The translations under genes were made by a program, and so were the position numbers. The notes below the pieces were generated by a model. It searched no databases, was not told where the DNA came from, and worked only from the letters and a program-made list of their open reading frames with translations. From Antedon mediterranea (Eukaryota; Animalia; Echinodermata): DNA of 64,000 nt. The stretch is from NCBI RefSeq assembly GCF_964355755.1, contig NC_092670.1, positions 40,784,388 to 40,848,387 of the forward strand. Direction: 5' to 3'. Below, in pieces: positions 38,701 through 52,559 of the stretch; position 1 is the first letter of the stretch; the number at the start of each line of letters is the position of its first letter.

Positions 38701-39067
38701 TAGTGTGCTGTGATTGTTAAAAAAAAACTAATAGTGAGCACTAGTGTGCTGTGAGTGTTACAACAAAACCAATAGTAAGCACTAGTGTGCTGTGAGTGTT
38801 ACAACAAAACCAATAGTAAGCACTAGTGTGCTGTGAGTGTTACAACAAAACCAATAGTAAGCACTAGTGTGCTGTGAGTGTTACAACAAAACCAATAGTA
38901 AGCACTAGTGTGCTGTGAGTGTTACAACAAAACCAATAGTAAGCACTAGTGTGCTGTGAGTGTTACAACAAAACCAATAGTAAGCACTAGTGTGCTGTGA
39001 GTGTTACAACAAAACCAATAGTAAGCACTAGTGTGCTGTGAGTGTTACAACAAAACCAAAAGTGAGC
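38701..39067. repeat. 41-bp minisatellite, about 9 units
   Basis: Unit AGCACTAGTGTGCTGTGAGTGTTACAACAAAACCAATAGTA; the first unit is degenerate. Confidence 0.95.
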
Positions 39068-39386
39068 TAGCAAATTCAACAGATTATCTTTGCCCTTCAA
39101 TATGATTACTTTAAATTAATCTAATATTTTGTGAATAATAATAAGCAAACAGATTGAAATTAATTTAATTACATAATGAATGAATAATTAAATTAATTGA
39201 TACACCCGTATTATTGATTTTTGCAAATGGAAACCAGTAACATTGACGATATTAAGTCCTATCAAACATTTCTTTAATTTCTTTAGATTAGTAAAATCAG
39301 ACTTTGAAGGGCATTTTGTAGTTTTATTAAATTTAATCACTTAAGTATTTCCTTTAATTCAATAAATATTTAAGTATTTCCCTTAA

Positions 39387-39577
39387 AGATGTATTGTCCC
39401 CCTGAAAATATAATTATTGACATTTTTGTTGTTGAATATGCCATTTTAATGCAATATAATAGTTATACACTTTGACAAAAAATTAGATCGAAAAAAATGT
39501 GTTTACCTGAAAAAACTATATTTTAAAGCAAAAAAGAGTCAAATTTTTGGTTGAATTTTTTGGGGGACAATACATCT
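39387..39577. mobile_element. TTAA-flanked MITE family B (Kolobok-like)
   Basis: TTAA|AGATGTATTGTCCCCC ... GGGGGACAATACATCT|TTAA, a perfect 16-bp TIR. Confidence 0.85.
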
Positions 39578-40135
39578 TTAAACTTTATTTCACTTTAAGG
39601 GCAAGTCTGAATGGTGGATAGCCACTGTTACATGGATGATATTAATTTCTAACAAACATTTGCTTTCTTAACATTTCTGGTGGTAGGTAATGTTTATACT
39701 TATGACGATAAATGAATGAGTTTTGTTTAAACTAATAGTGTTAATGTTTAATAATAATAATAAATGTCAATGATTAACAGATTGTAAATATTTCAATCTG
39801 AATTATTTCAATAATTAATCACTCATTTGTGATTTCAATTACATATAAATAATTAATATATAAATTAAGGTTTTCAATGAATAAATCAATATAAATGATA
39901 ATGACGCTAGCTAGAGTACTTTGCCATTAAAAACATTTAATCTCTTTTTTCTATTGTTCTTTTCTATGATAAACACCATACTTAATAGTACTATGGTTGA
40001 CGTTCTACTACTTAACTATATTGGAGTAAAGTAAACATTAAAAACGTAAATGTCGCAGAGAAAAAACACAGCACCCTAAAAAACACAGAGGTGACGTAGT
40101 GATCAGACTGTAACCAAGATCAACTGTCTACTTAA

Positions 40136-40383
40136 AGATGTGTTGCCCCCCAAAAAACATGAAAAATGAAGATTAATAAAATCAGACTTTGAATATATTG
40201 TTGTGTAGTTTCAATAAAGGTAATCACTTTCATAGAAAATAATGTATTTACTTATAAAATGACAAAATAAGTGGTTAAATACAACCAATTTTTGATCAAG
40301 CTGGATAACTTTAGGTTAAATTAAAATGGCATATTCAACAAAAAAATTTTTAAGAATTATTTTTTCAGGGGGAAAATATATCT
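40136..40383. mobile_element. MITE family B copy (opposite orientation)
   Basis: TTAA|AGATGTGTTGCCCCCC ... GGGGGAAAATATATCT|TTAA. Confidence 0.8.
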
Positions 40384-41019
40384 TTAAGAAAGAAAACTGA
40401 ATGTTTGTGAAACGTTGTTGTAAGTACCATTTTTAGTACTTTCGATCTATTGGATTAACAAAAAAGAAAATTCTCTTCTCCAAAAATGTAAACTTTTGAT
40501 GAAAAGAACCCCAGTGGTGTAAGGCAGAGACCTGAGGCCCCTGGATTAGGAACCTTAACTACACACACATACACACACTTAAAGCTAAACATGGTGATTA
40601 ATCTGCCACATGGCCTTTATAATCCTGTAATATTCAAGACATTATTTCATGTTACATAATTAATATTGTGATGAATAAATTACAATTTTTAAAGCGATAC
40701 AAAATTAAATGAATATATTTACGTCTTCTTGATTTCAGCCTGATAATACTAAATTGAAATTGAAGTTCTGTGTAGAAGAAAATCTGGCCGCTTATGCCCT
40801 AAGTGCAGTAACTATTATAGTTACTGCAGTAATAATAAAGACGAAATTCATTCCCCCACAACTCTGTGTATATTTATAATGCTAACTATAATGTTATGGT
40901 TGTACTTTTCACCTGATGAGTGTGTAAGCCCTGCTTGCATAAAAAACAAATTTGTAGTGAATAAAGTACTATGAAGTAACCAAGTTTTTTATTTGTGGCA
41001 CAATGCTAACTATGTATTT

Positions 41020-41175
41020 GAGCTGTAGCTTGGTGGTTAACATGTTTTTCCTCCAATTCAAAGGTCCATGGTTCAATCCTGAACTAGTGTCAGGGTTGTA
41101 ACTCACAACTCTTTCAACTCCACTCCCTCAAATGAGACTTGGTTTATAAGCATGATAAACTATAATTATCTATCC
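41020..41175 (+). mobile_element. tRNA-derived SINE copy
   Basis: A-box TAGCTTGGTGG, B-box GGTTCAATCC, same body as the 32497 copy. Confidence 0.7.
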
Positions 41176-43124
41176 TTTAATTGGCGAGTTTTTGCTTTTG
41201 CTCGCTGTTAAATGAGTATGAAATAATGAGTTTGCTAACTTTGCTTAGAAACAAAAGTCAGCAGTCCTAACGTTTACTGCAGTAAGTGTTACAGTAACAT
41301 CAGTAGAATTACTCATTACTGCAGTAAGAACAACGTCAGACCATGAGCTGCATGACCTGTGTACATGGTATTACATTGTGTGTTTAAGAAAGAACCATAT
41401 TGATTATCAATTGCAACATTCATTACAAACATCTGCTATGCGTGCATGTTTCAAGAAATATCAATTTTCATAATTTCTTCCAATAGAGTACACCATTAAT
41501 ATCGACTGCGGAAACACTAATAAAGAATAAAAAAGAATTAATACTAATCCCCAACAACATTAATTGTGACCCCAAAACAAGTGTGTCCTTAATCAAACAA
41601 CTCCTTATCATTTAATATTATCTTATCTTGATAGATAACTTTTTAAACAATCATTAAAGTGTAAGCCTGAAGTATCTGACCCATATTATTGCACTTACAG
41701 TACAGTGGTTTTTACAAAACTCATAATCAAGTCGCAATTCCTAACGAAATTATGAAGTTACAAATGATAACATAACTGTAGCAAAATCATCAGTTAAATC
41801 GATCTAGTTGTTAGTACGAACGATTGGTACAACAATCCAATAACAAGTCGCAGCAACAACTTTGTTCGTTGTCAAATGTTAGGAGATAAATCCATAAACA
41901 AGCCCACTGGCTCTCCACAAATTGCATTAAAGCCAAATTATGTCCTCGGATAACTCCAATTTGTTTATGTTACTGGCTAAATTTCTTTGCCTTAATCAAT
42001 TTATGTACTTGCAAGTTGCAGTGTTGAGAATTATTGATGGAACTCCAAAATATGACCTAATAACAGCCAGTATTGGTAGAATGAAATTGTATTCATCTTA
42101 GGAGAATGTCTCAAAGCAACATCTAAACACAAACGCCAAACTTGTACAAATATTACAGGTATAACAGAACTGGTATGATCCTGTTTTAATATAATCATAC
42201 CTCCTGGTTTAGCCAAAATTTGGAGAGGAAACCCCTGGGACTATACTCATCAAATACATACAGAGAAGGGAAAGTGTGTATATAAAACAACTCAGTATAT
42301 AACATGGGAAAATAAGGAATCATGTCAAAATATTCTACTGCAGTTACTGCAGTAACTACTTAGTTTGTTTCAATATAGTTAATTATGATGGTAGTTTATG
42401 TCTCTGCAATGTGTATGATTACCCAGAAGCTTTAATTTGCATAATGGCTACAAAATGTAGTTACTGCAGTTACTGCAGTAGAATCATTGTGATATGATTA
42501 TTAGGTTTAGCCAAAAATAGGTGGTGCCAAAAAATCAATCAATAATTTGTGACAATATCAAAAGTGGTAGCTTGGTAGATGCTTGACTATCAAAACCATG
42601 GGTCCTGGGTTCAAGTTCTATCATATGATAACAAAACAAATCCACTCATAAATATATACGTGTAATAAGTTTATGTATATGTTTGTCCTATAAACTTGAT
42701 TGCCACCTTTAAGAAGGAGAATGATTTCATTTATGGTTATCATTAATATTAGCACCATGCATTTTATGTATGTCAACCATCTTAGCAAGGATAATATGAT
42801 GCAGTGTAATGAATATCAACATAACAATGTAAAGACTATATACATGTATTACGTTGACAACATGTTTTATGTTTTTAAATACATTGTCATTTTAATATCA
42901 GAAGATCCACTGAATATTAATTTCAGGTAAAATAATATGAGTGTAAAATCCAATAAAAGAAAGAAAATATGCTGTGAATTTGATACATTGGATAATTCAA
43001 GAATTTTGGGGGTTGTTTTCATATAAACAGTTACAAACTGAGAAGTGTCACAAAAATGTGGGGTTTCTTTTGTTGTGTCTCTTAACTTGTATTATATTGT
43101 AATTTTAAAATGAAGCCATGTTAA

Positions 43125-43264
43125 GCTCTGTCTACACAGTTATCAAACTAGTTGGACAAAAAAAGTGTGATGTGCCCAAATATGGTAGTGATACACCTAA
43201 ATGTGTTTGACATGGGCACATCACATTTTTTTGTCACATAAAGTTTGATAGTGTAGACAGAGCT
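43125..43264. mobile_element. MITE family A copy
   Basis: TTA|AGCTCTGTCTACAC ... GTGTAGACAGAGCT|TAA. Confidence 0.85.
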
Positions 43265-46245
43265 TAATTTTGTCATCATTTTAAAATGAAACCGTGTTAA
43301 ACAATGTGAATTCTAAACTGACCAATCATGTTGTTGAATGTCTTTACCTAGTATGATTGAATAGAATGATATAGATGGGTTTTCATGACATTTGCGATAT
43401 AAATTACAAAGGATGAGATGAAGAAGATAAACTAGATTGATCACATTCATGATATTCTGACAAATTTGATTAACATCTGTAATCTAGAAATATGGTTTCA
43501 CCAAATTACACCTCAGGTTATGTTTCACCTTCAGTGTGTCCTACTTTAGAAAAAAAGGAAGAAACTTTACAATTCCCCTTTTTATAATTAGTGGCATTTT
43601 CTTTCAAGGGGTGGAGGCGGAAGAAGGGAGTTTGGAGGGTGATCATGAAGCATGTAATTTACTTCTGCTACAGCTTGATAAACTAATAATAGTACTTGAC
43701 CAATACAAATAGGAAACAGTAGTGGATTCAGGAATTTTTTTTTGTTATAAATATTCTGTCTAAAAAAATAGTTCATAATTTGATATTCGCTGTCTAAAGG
43801 TGTATGTATGCCACTATCACCCTGACCCTGGGAAATCTGAGTAATAATTTGCCTTACATAGTAGACCTATTGCAATACTTATATACTGTACTTAATTTCC
43901 AACCCCCCCCCCCCCCCCCATCCCCATTGAACATCGATCATTCTGACAACAGGGGCCGACTGGACTTAATATGAAATGTTTTTACTTTCTTCATACAAAC
44001 AGTACATTTCTATAATGGTTTAAGTTTGAACTTAAGAAAGACAAATGTACATGTTTCTATACTACATAGTAAAGTCTTAGAGATGTGTACAATTATCCTA
44101 TCTCAGATCACCTGCTATAACGACTTTCACTTAAGCTTATCAACACAATGCCTTTCAAATCCTCTCAAGCGTAACGGTCAGTTGGACGATACGCGGCTCA
44201 AACCACCAAAACGAACGATTTTACTATGATTATTAAGTCTACTGTAAATGATTCAATATATTTAATAATGATAATAATAATTTATATACAGTCTTCTAGT
44301 GCATTGGATATCAACAATAATAAGCTTTAGTCACAATTTCACACACTTAAGATATAAATGCATTTCATACGGTTTGATTCAACGGTAAATCACAAATATT
44401 ATAAGCTGAGTTGGTCAGCTTTGTCTGTAGGCTAACCATATAACTCAGTAACAACAATCTCATCTAAATAGCACATAAAAGGCAACAACATATTTAAAGA
44501 AGAAACAGAATACCAATGTAATCCAACAGATCAGCACTGTCAATAAATGCTGTATGCCGCTTAGTATGAAAATTGTTTTAACGGCGTTCAATTTATTCAA
44601 TTGTAGCGATTATTTATTTGATTTTCATAAAGTTACCTCAGTTTATAGTTTAGTATTAAATAAATAATAAATATAAATATATTAAATTATTTAAAAGATT
44701 GTTAAGTGTGTTTAAGCTATGTTGTTATCAAAGTAATCATTTCATTTCATTTTACTTATATTTTGGAAATGGACGTCCATAGCCTAAACTCTCTTTGCCC
44801 AGGTGTATAAATGGCTACAATTAGAAAAAAGTTTTTTTTTATGTAAACAAGACTAAATTTAACTCTGTAACGGATGAATACATAACTTTTTGAAAAATAA
44901 AATTTATTAGTCAATAGCAGAAATATTCTTGTCAAAGATTGCAAGATATGAAGAGCTGATCGAGCTTTATAAAGTTAAAATAGCTTTATTAATTGCACTT
45001 GTCCGTAGCATTTAGAGCCTCACCGTTGATCTTATGACATCGTTCGTGTTACCAATTCTTGCCAGTTGACATTATCACATGACCTTCTTCAATTCATTAT
45101 ATTGACATAGTAATATAAAAACATGTTAAAGCATTTATGATCCTCGCATTAAAGACCTTATAGAAAAAATTGTTTTTCTATTTGTCATGGTAAAAAAAAG
45201 TTAAACCTCGAGTTAAATGTCATGAAATTTAAATTAGTCTGTAAACACAAATATTTTGTTTATAAATAATAATTGTTATGTAATTATCCAATATGGTCAT
45301 TTTTGTTGAGAAAAACTATTATAACAAAAATTATAAAGAAATCATAAAAATTTTGTAAATTATGAAAAAAAACATCATCAGTAGTACCCATCAGAATTTA
45401 ACTAATAATAAGTAGGATAACAAATAAACAATTTTTTTTAAAGTCTAAAAATTAATTTTTCACAAACAATACCACAGAATATCTAAAGCAGAAATAAAAG
45501 ATCTCAAACAGCACAAATTGGTTATGCAGTAGAGAAGATAAAGTAACAAATTTGGGGTAATATCTCAACAGACCATCTAAACATTAACAATTATTTAACT
45601 CACATAAGCCTCAGGTCCGCACTTAAACCCAAAATACACCCCTATTAAAGATATTGTTGTCCAATGGTACAGTCCTTTTAATTGAAGATGCACCATACCA
45701 ACAATGTTTACCATATTTAGGTCAGGAAGTCGTCTTTATAATATTTCCTTTATGATAATCCTATATAACCTTCTCCAACAAGATCGATTAAAGAGGAGCA
45801 CATTTAAACATATGTAGGCACCAGTTGTGTGTTTATACTATACAACACTTAAGATTATTAGGTGTTAATTTATACTGTACAGTAGGTGTTCGTTAATTGT
45901 TTGGCGTTAAATCACTTTTAATTTGGAGGTTCCTCATCATATAATCTGCATAAATTTTGAATGATCATTATTATTCTACTTTTCGCTGTTTTTTTTTGTT
46001 CCTCTTGATTCCCCATCAATTTTTCAATTTGACCGTGTTTCCTAAATTTTAAATGTGAATTTCTTAATATCTAACAAAATTGTCATTTCTTTTCGTACTT
46101 CAATTATGTATAGGACATAGAAAACCTGCTTATTAAGAATGAACTATAAATAAATAATAATAATAATAATCTTAGTCAATAACGATCAGAATTTCATAAT
46201 ATCTAACAATTTTGGCATTTCTTTTTTTTACTTCAATTATGTATA

Positions 46246-46670
46246 GCACATTGAGTACCTGTGCACATTGAGTACCTGTGCACATTGAGTACCTGTGCAC
46301 ATTGAGTACCTGTGCACATTGAGTACCTGTGCACATTGAGTACCTGTGCACATTGAGTACCTGTGCACATTGAGTACCTGTGCACATTGAGTACCTGTGC
46401 ACATTGAGTACCTGTGCACATTGAGTACCTGTGCACATTGAGTACCTGTGCACATTGAGTACCTGTGCACATTGAGTACCTGTGCACATTGAGTACCTGT
46501 GCACATTGAGTACCTGTGCACATTGAGTACCTGTGCACATTGAGTACCTGTGCACATTGAGTACCTGTGCACATTGAGTACCTGTGCACATTGAGTACCT
46601 GTGCACATTGAGTACCTGTGCACATTGAGTACCTGTGCACATTGAGTACCTGTGCACATTGAGTACCTGC
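46246..46670. repeat. 17-bp minisatellite, about 25 units
   Basis: Perfect unit GCACATTGAGTACCTGT; it explains the three overlapping minus-strand ORFs. Confidence 0.97.
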
Positions 46671-49600
46671 TATTTTAGAATGAACTATATATAATCAAAT
46701 AATAATAGTAATCTTTATTGTCAACAACAACAACAACAAAATAATTGACAAATAAACATAATTCAATGACTCAAAGCATCAAATAATAAACCAATGGAGG
46801 ACAAGAAAAGTAAATAAAGCAATGAATCTGTCCGCGTTGTATCCTGGCATTAATTTCAGGTTTTATTAGTATTCACTAGGCCTACGGTATTTATGATAAC
46901 AAACTAGCATGACTTAATGTCTGTAGGTAATTTGTCACCATTCAAATCAGAAGTCGTATATTATATAACTTGTCATTTGGACAAAAAGATCTAAACTCAT
47001 TCTGTGTATTTGTATTGAAACGCCTCCCTAATGGTCTGAAGTTTTAATTGTTTATTTGGATTAATTTGCTAAAAAGTTATTTATAGGCCTACTGTATACG
47101 ACCAAGTAGAGTCCCAGAGTTGGTGAAAATTAATAAGTGGGATTATACTTGGATTGCATTAATACAGTCTTGTGTCTGAATTTAGCCTAAATTAGGGGGG
47201 TGGGATTATATTTAAGTATGGGATTATGGTGGTGCATACTGTATACTGTAAATAAAATCCAGGTTGTCTCTAAATTTATAATTAAGATTTTTAGTTTAAA
47301 TTTTTTAAAGATTTAACTGTAGGCATGCAAGTAATTGGTCTTTTAAGTCCGTTCCCTATAGATTTACACATTTACTTTAATACTACTTTTCCAGATGGTC
47401 TAAGCATACTGCACTGCACTTTAATAAGTATAGCAACAGGGTATAGTAGAAGGATACAGGGATGATGTATGAGCTTAAACAACCCAGAATTCTGCCACAA
47501 AAACAAACTTCAATGTTTTATTGGAATTCCTATCTTTGAAAAATCTTGCCTTATTAGGAAAGGTCTTAGTACTATGGAGTGAAATAGGCAATCAAATTAA
47601 AATGCACAATTAAAATCCTTTGAATCTATAATATGATGTGGTCATGGTTGAGGGAGGGGGGTCATTCATAGTGGGTGAGTGTCTATAATAATCATCAATA
47701 ACTGAGGGATGTGAGAATTGATTCCAGATCTTCAAATTCAATATTGAATAATTTATATTTTACATACAGTAGGACTGTAGGCCTATATTTTACTTTTACT
47801 GTTTTAATTTTTTTAATCTATTTTTGTTTGGTAACAATTTTTGATTGAATAAAAAAAAAATCTGAACCTCTTGGGAGACCAGTACTTTGAAAGAGCTATT
47901 TATAAAGGAAGATATTGTATTGTATAGGAACTGCATTCACTGACTTCTCACAATATGTTATCTCCTAAAAGCTTCTTATTTTTGTTTTCAATAAAAGGCA
48001 GTTGACCTTGTGTCAAAGTAAGTCTTGTAACACTGTTTGTTTGAAATAGTGTTTGTACATACGTATGCATAATTAATGAATTTTCTTATACCTCTGGTGT
48101 GTCTTACAAAAATCAATAACAATTAATTAAATGTATTAGTACACATGCTTTCACAGGCACATTCATTGCAGGACGTGTATTGATTATCTTGTGAAAAACC
48201 AATTACAAAGATTAAGAACATAGTTCAACAAATGTTTATTTACGATGATGAATGAATAGTGGTAGTATGTTTTAACACTACAGCCAACCCCTATTCAGGG
48301 GACGTCACCCGGCTAGCTATCTTTTTAGATGTGTTTATATCACTCCACGGTAAGACAACAAAATGTGTTCTTCCACGAGGAGGCCGTGTGAAAGAAATCA
48401 AACTACAGTATCAAAGCTATCAAAATGACAAAACAAACATGAACAAGTTATACATTGAAAAGAGAGAAAATAAAGTATGTTAATAGGTTTATGGTAAATT
48501 AAAACAAAAATGCTAAAAATTAAAAAACTCACCACAAAATAAAGGCTTAAATAATTAAGAAGATGCCTATATTGAGTCCTGAGCCTTTAAAAAGGATGCT
48601 ATTACTACTTAAATGTGAAAGTCAACCAACTCTTATTCCAATTAAAACATAGATTAATTAATTAGATTAGTCTTTTGTATTTTATGCATTATTTGCATAC
48701 CGTACAACTGTATAAAAATGAATGTACTTGTATAGGTTATATGTATTTATATACATGTGTTGTAATTTGTATTATATATTAGGTTATTGTAATTTTATAT
48801 TTTATGACCGCAAGACCCTTCGTAGCTAAAACAAAGGTATCTGGGATAGCATCCAAAATGTCTATGCTTGGACAATAGAAGGCACCAAAATATAGTGTGT
48901 TGCTAAAACAAAAATGTATGTTTTGTCCAATAAATATACTATTAGGATATTGAATAGTTGAATATAAAAAGTGTTTGCTTGTTTCGTGCTTTGAATATTT
49001 CTTAGAGTATTTTTAATGACAAGAAAATGTCATTTTGTTCTTCAGATAGTCATAAGTGATCCACAAAATATAACATAATGTTTGTTTTATAAATCTCATA
49101 ATCTCATGTTAACTTGCTTTTCAATGTTCCAATAAATGGCAACGTTTTATCATGCAGTTTGCTTTAGATAGACCTATAACTCACATTCTAAAACAACAGC
49201 CGATGGTAGTTTAATATGTTTGTTTTGAAAATCTGTGAACATTTCCAGCATTTGAAAACACAAGTGTTTGGGCGTCATACTGTACAACTTTGTTTTTGTT
49301 TGTTTATCTGTCAAGATTTAAAATATGTTATGATTAATTTTTGTTGATTTTTTTAAAGTCCTAAAGTAGCAAATTTTAAAGAGTTTTTATGCACGTTTTT
49401 AACCTTTTATATTTTTTAAACACCTGATATGTTTTTTTCTGTATAAATATGTTTTTACATTTTTTTTTAATTGATTAAAAGTAGTTTTACAATATAGACA
49501 TATACAACAGTTGATCTACAGTAGTAGTTTGTTTGGTAAAAATATCAATATCAAAACTTTTGATGAAAAAAAAGTGGTAGGTTTTGGCCTTTCCAAGTGA

Positions 49601-51360
49601 TTCTGAAGAATTTCCACTTGAACAAAAAAGTATAAAGATGAATATCTTGTTTTTATAGAATTTGCTTACTGTATGTTAAAATGTCTTCAAGTCGTTTATA
49701 TAATGATTATTCATTATTTTTAAAGCAATAAAACTAAAAATACTGGGCTGGCCGTAGCCCCCAGTATGGTTTGTAAGGTTTCAACCTTACCACTTTTTCA
49801 CAAAATGGCTTGAACTGATATTGTTCCCTTTTCTTTTGAAAACCGCACCACTTTATTTCTTATGGCTACATCACTGAAATATTGTGAAATAAATAATCAG
49901 GGAATAATTTCACAAAGATGAAACTATAAGAGAGACAAATGTTGCCTGAGCCAAGACGCGACTCTTTTATGATGCAAATTATAAACCCATGAAATAGCAA
50001 CCTGGTTTCAATACATTCTGCCTACTATATCATAACACATATTACTTACTTACCATAAGGTTGCTGCCCATTTACTGGATATTTCAGCTACAGTAGATAC
50101 AAAATAAATAAAAGGAAATTGATAAGAACCTTCATCAATATGACACAAATGACATCATCACCTCTGTAATAATGACTTGACATTTGAAATCATTCACTAC
50201 ACTGAAGGCGGCCTAGGGTATCAACCTCTAGATCCAAGACATTTCTTTTCAACATCGAAAAATATTGACTTGTTATACAGAAAGAAATCAATATTAAAGG
50301 CAATTTCAACGCTTCTCGTGGAGTAAGAAAAACAAATCAATAAATATAATCCATCAAGTGGTGCTTTAGAATGAATAAAATCTACAATATATATGAAGAT
50401 ATCACCTGCCTGGTGTAACACCTAATCAACTATAAGTTAACATATATCTACTCACCTACACTGCTATAAACAGTTATCATTTTTTGTTTCAATTTCAATA
50501 CACATCAATGTATTAGGCAGAACAAAACAAATCACTATACTCAAACAAGGTTCTAAAAAGATGATAATGATGATGATTATGAAAATAACAGTTTTTCCCA
50601 AATTATAGTAATTCCTAATCAACGTTTGGTCACTTCTTATAATAATACAAGAAATGTCACATTACTACCCTGTCATTACAAAAAAAAATTCATAATGAAG
50701 CTAGTTATCAGCACAATTGTGTTTTGACCTGACCAGGTACCCATTTATACACTTGAGTGTAAAAAGGCAGACATAATATGGTCACAAAGTTTGATAGTGT
50801 AGACAAAGCTTTAGTGCGGAACAAGATACAATATGGAGCATATTGAGGAACAAGTTGGATAATAGATTAACAGGAAAAAACTTAAGCTTTAAATGTTAAA
50901 AAGAGGATCTTGAAAATATCCTCACAATCAATTGCACAGTTTACACAGCCTTTTGTGCATAACTGAACAGTGCATTACGATATATTAGCCATATGGACAA
51001 TTTTATATTGAGCTGTTTTGGAAAATAGATAGTTTACTATTTACTAACAGGAATCAATATAGAAAATCAATTATCGTAAACCTTTATGAAAGTTAAACAG
51101 AACATAAAAAACTCTAACTGAACCTGACTAAGTGAGATATAAATAAATATTTTAATGATTTTTATGTAAATTAACAGACATTTGACATTTACAGCAAAGC
51201 TTCTTTTTAATTGAAATAATACCGGATCCATAGGATGTTGTCATAGTTACAATGTAGTTAATTTAGGGGCTGCTCCAAAAGGTTGGGGAAAGTGTGCTAG
51301 AACATGAGGTAAAGTGGTCAGACCTCCCCTTCCCTTCTAAAATGGCCTCTATCTACTCAA

Positions 51361-51683
51361 AGATGTATTGTCCTCCAAAAACATGAAAAATGAAGATTAA
51401 GAAAATCAGGCATTAAATAGGACATTTTGCAGTTTTATAAAAGTTATTCAGTCTGTAAAATAATAAAAAAAATATTTGTTCACTTATAAAATGACAAAAG
51501 AATCGTTTAATTTTAACCAAAAACATTGTCTGAAAGACAATTCAAGTGTTTTTTGCTTTAAATTACATTGTTTTTAGGTAAGTACATTTTTTTTTATCCA
51601 GTTTTTGGTCAAAGTGAATAACTATTGTATGACATTAAAAACAAAATTGAAAAAAAAAAAAACATTTTCAGGGAGACAATATT
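51361..51683. mobile_element. MITE family B copy (degenerate)
   Basis: AGATGTATTGTCCTCCAAAAACATGAAAAATGAAGATTAA... matches 40136; right end CAGGGAGACAATAT. Confidence 0.75.
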
Positions 51684-52431
51684 TAACACTATTAAGCTTT
51701 GTCTTCATACTCTACAATGTTTCTTTTAATGCCTATTAAGGTAACAACAAGATGGAATATTTAAGTTAATTGATATAGATGAAGAAGAAAATAAAAAGCT
51801 ACTAAAACCATTAACTTATCAAATTTAATGAACATTAAATTCACGAATGTGTCAAGAGTTTAATTTAAAAGGGGTGAAAGTTTGATTTAATTGCTAAACT
51901 AAGTCTGCAAAAACAATTTTATTTTCCTTTAATCACCATCATCTCCATATTTTGACTATTTCATCTGATCTACAGTAATTTAAACAGGCATGTTTCAAAC
52001 TGTTTGTACTGCAGTAATGATAGGTTACTGCAGTATAAATACACTGTCAATGGTAAGCTCTTCGGAGCATTTGTTAAAAAACAATAAAATATCACTTTTG
52101 AACTAATATAATATTTAATGCTCTTTAAAAAATGCAGTTAGGGGAAAAAAATTGGAAAATAAAAAGTGCAACAACTTTTGAAATGCAACATTACAATAAG
52201 GTGAGAAGGGTTTTTACATAACAATACATTAATGGATTGTGTAATTCTACTGTAACCATGGGAAAACAGAATCGCATTTACTTCACCTGATGATGTATGT
52301 TTTCATTTTATTTTTATTAAAAATCCTGAAATATGTATCACAATCTAATTTATTGAAATAAAAAGAATTTAGTTTTACTTGTTTTCGAGGAACTATATTA
52401 CAACAATCTTACTGAGTGTAAGTTTGGTACT

Positions 52432-52559
52432 ACCAAACTAAATGTGATGTGCCCATATATAGACATGATGATGTCATATCACTACCATATTTGGGCATAT
52501 CGCTACCATATTTGTGCACATCACACTTTTTTTTTGTTTTTTTTAGTGTAGACAGAGCT
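52432..52559. mobile_element. MITE family A copy (degenerate left end)
   Basis: Internal subrepeats and right TIR AGTGTAGACAGAGCT. Confidence 0.7.

Noticed and set aside
46172-46659. Three overlapping Cys-rich repeat ORFs
   Set aside because: Consequence of a perfect 17-bp repeat lacking stops on one strand; no synonymous variation.
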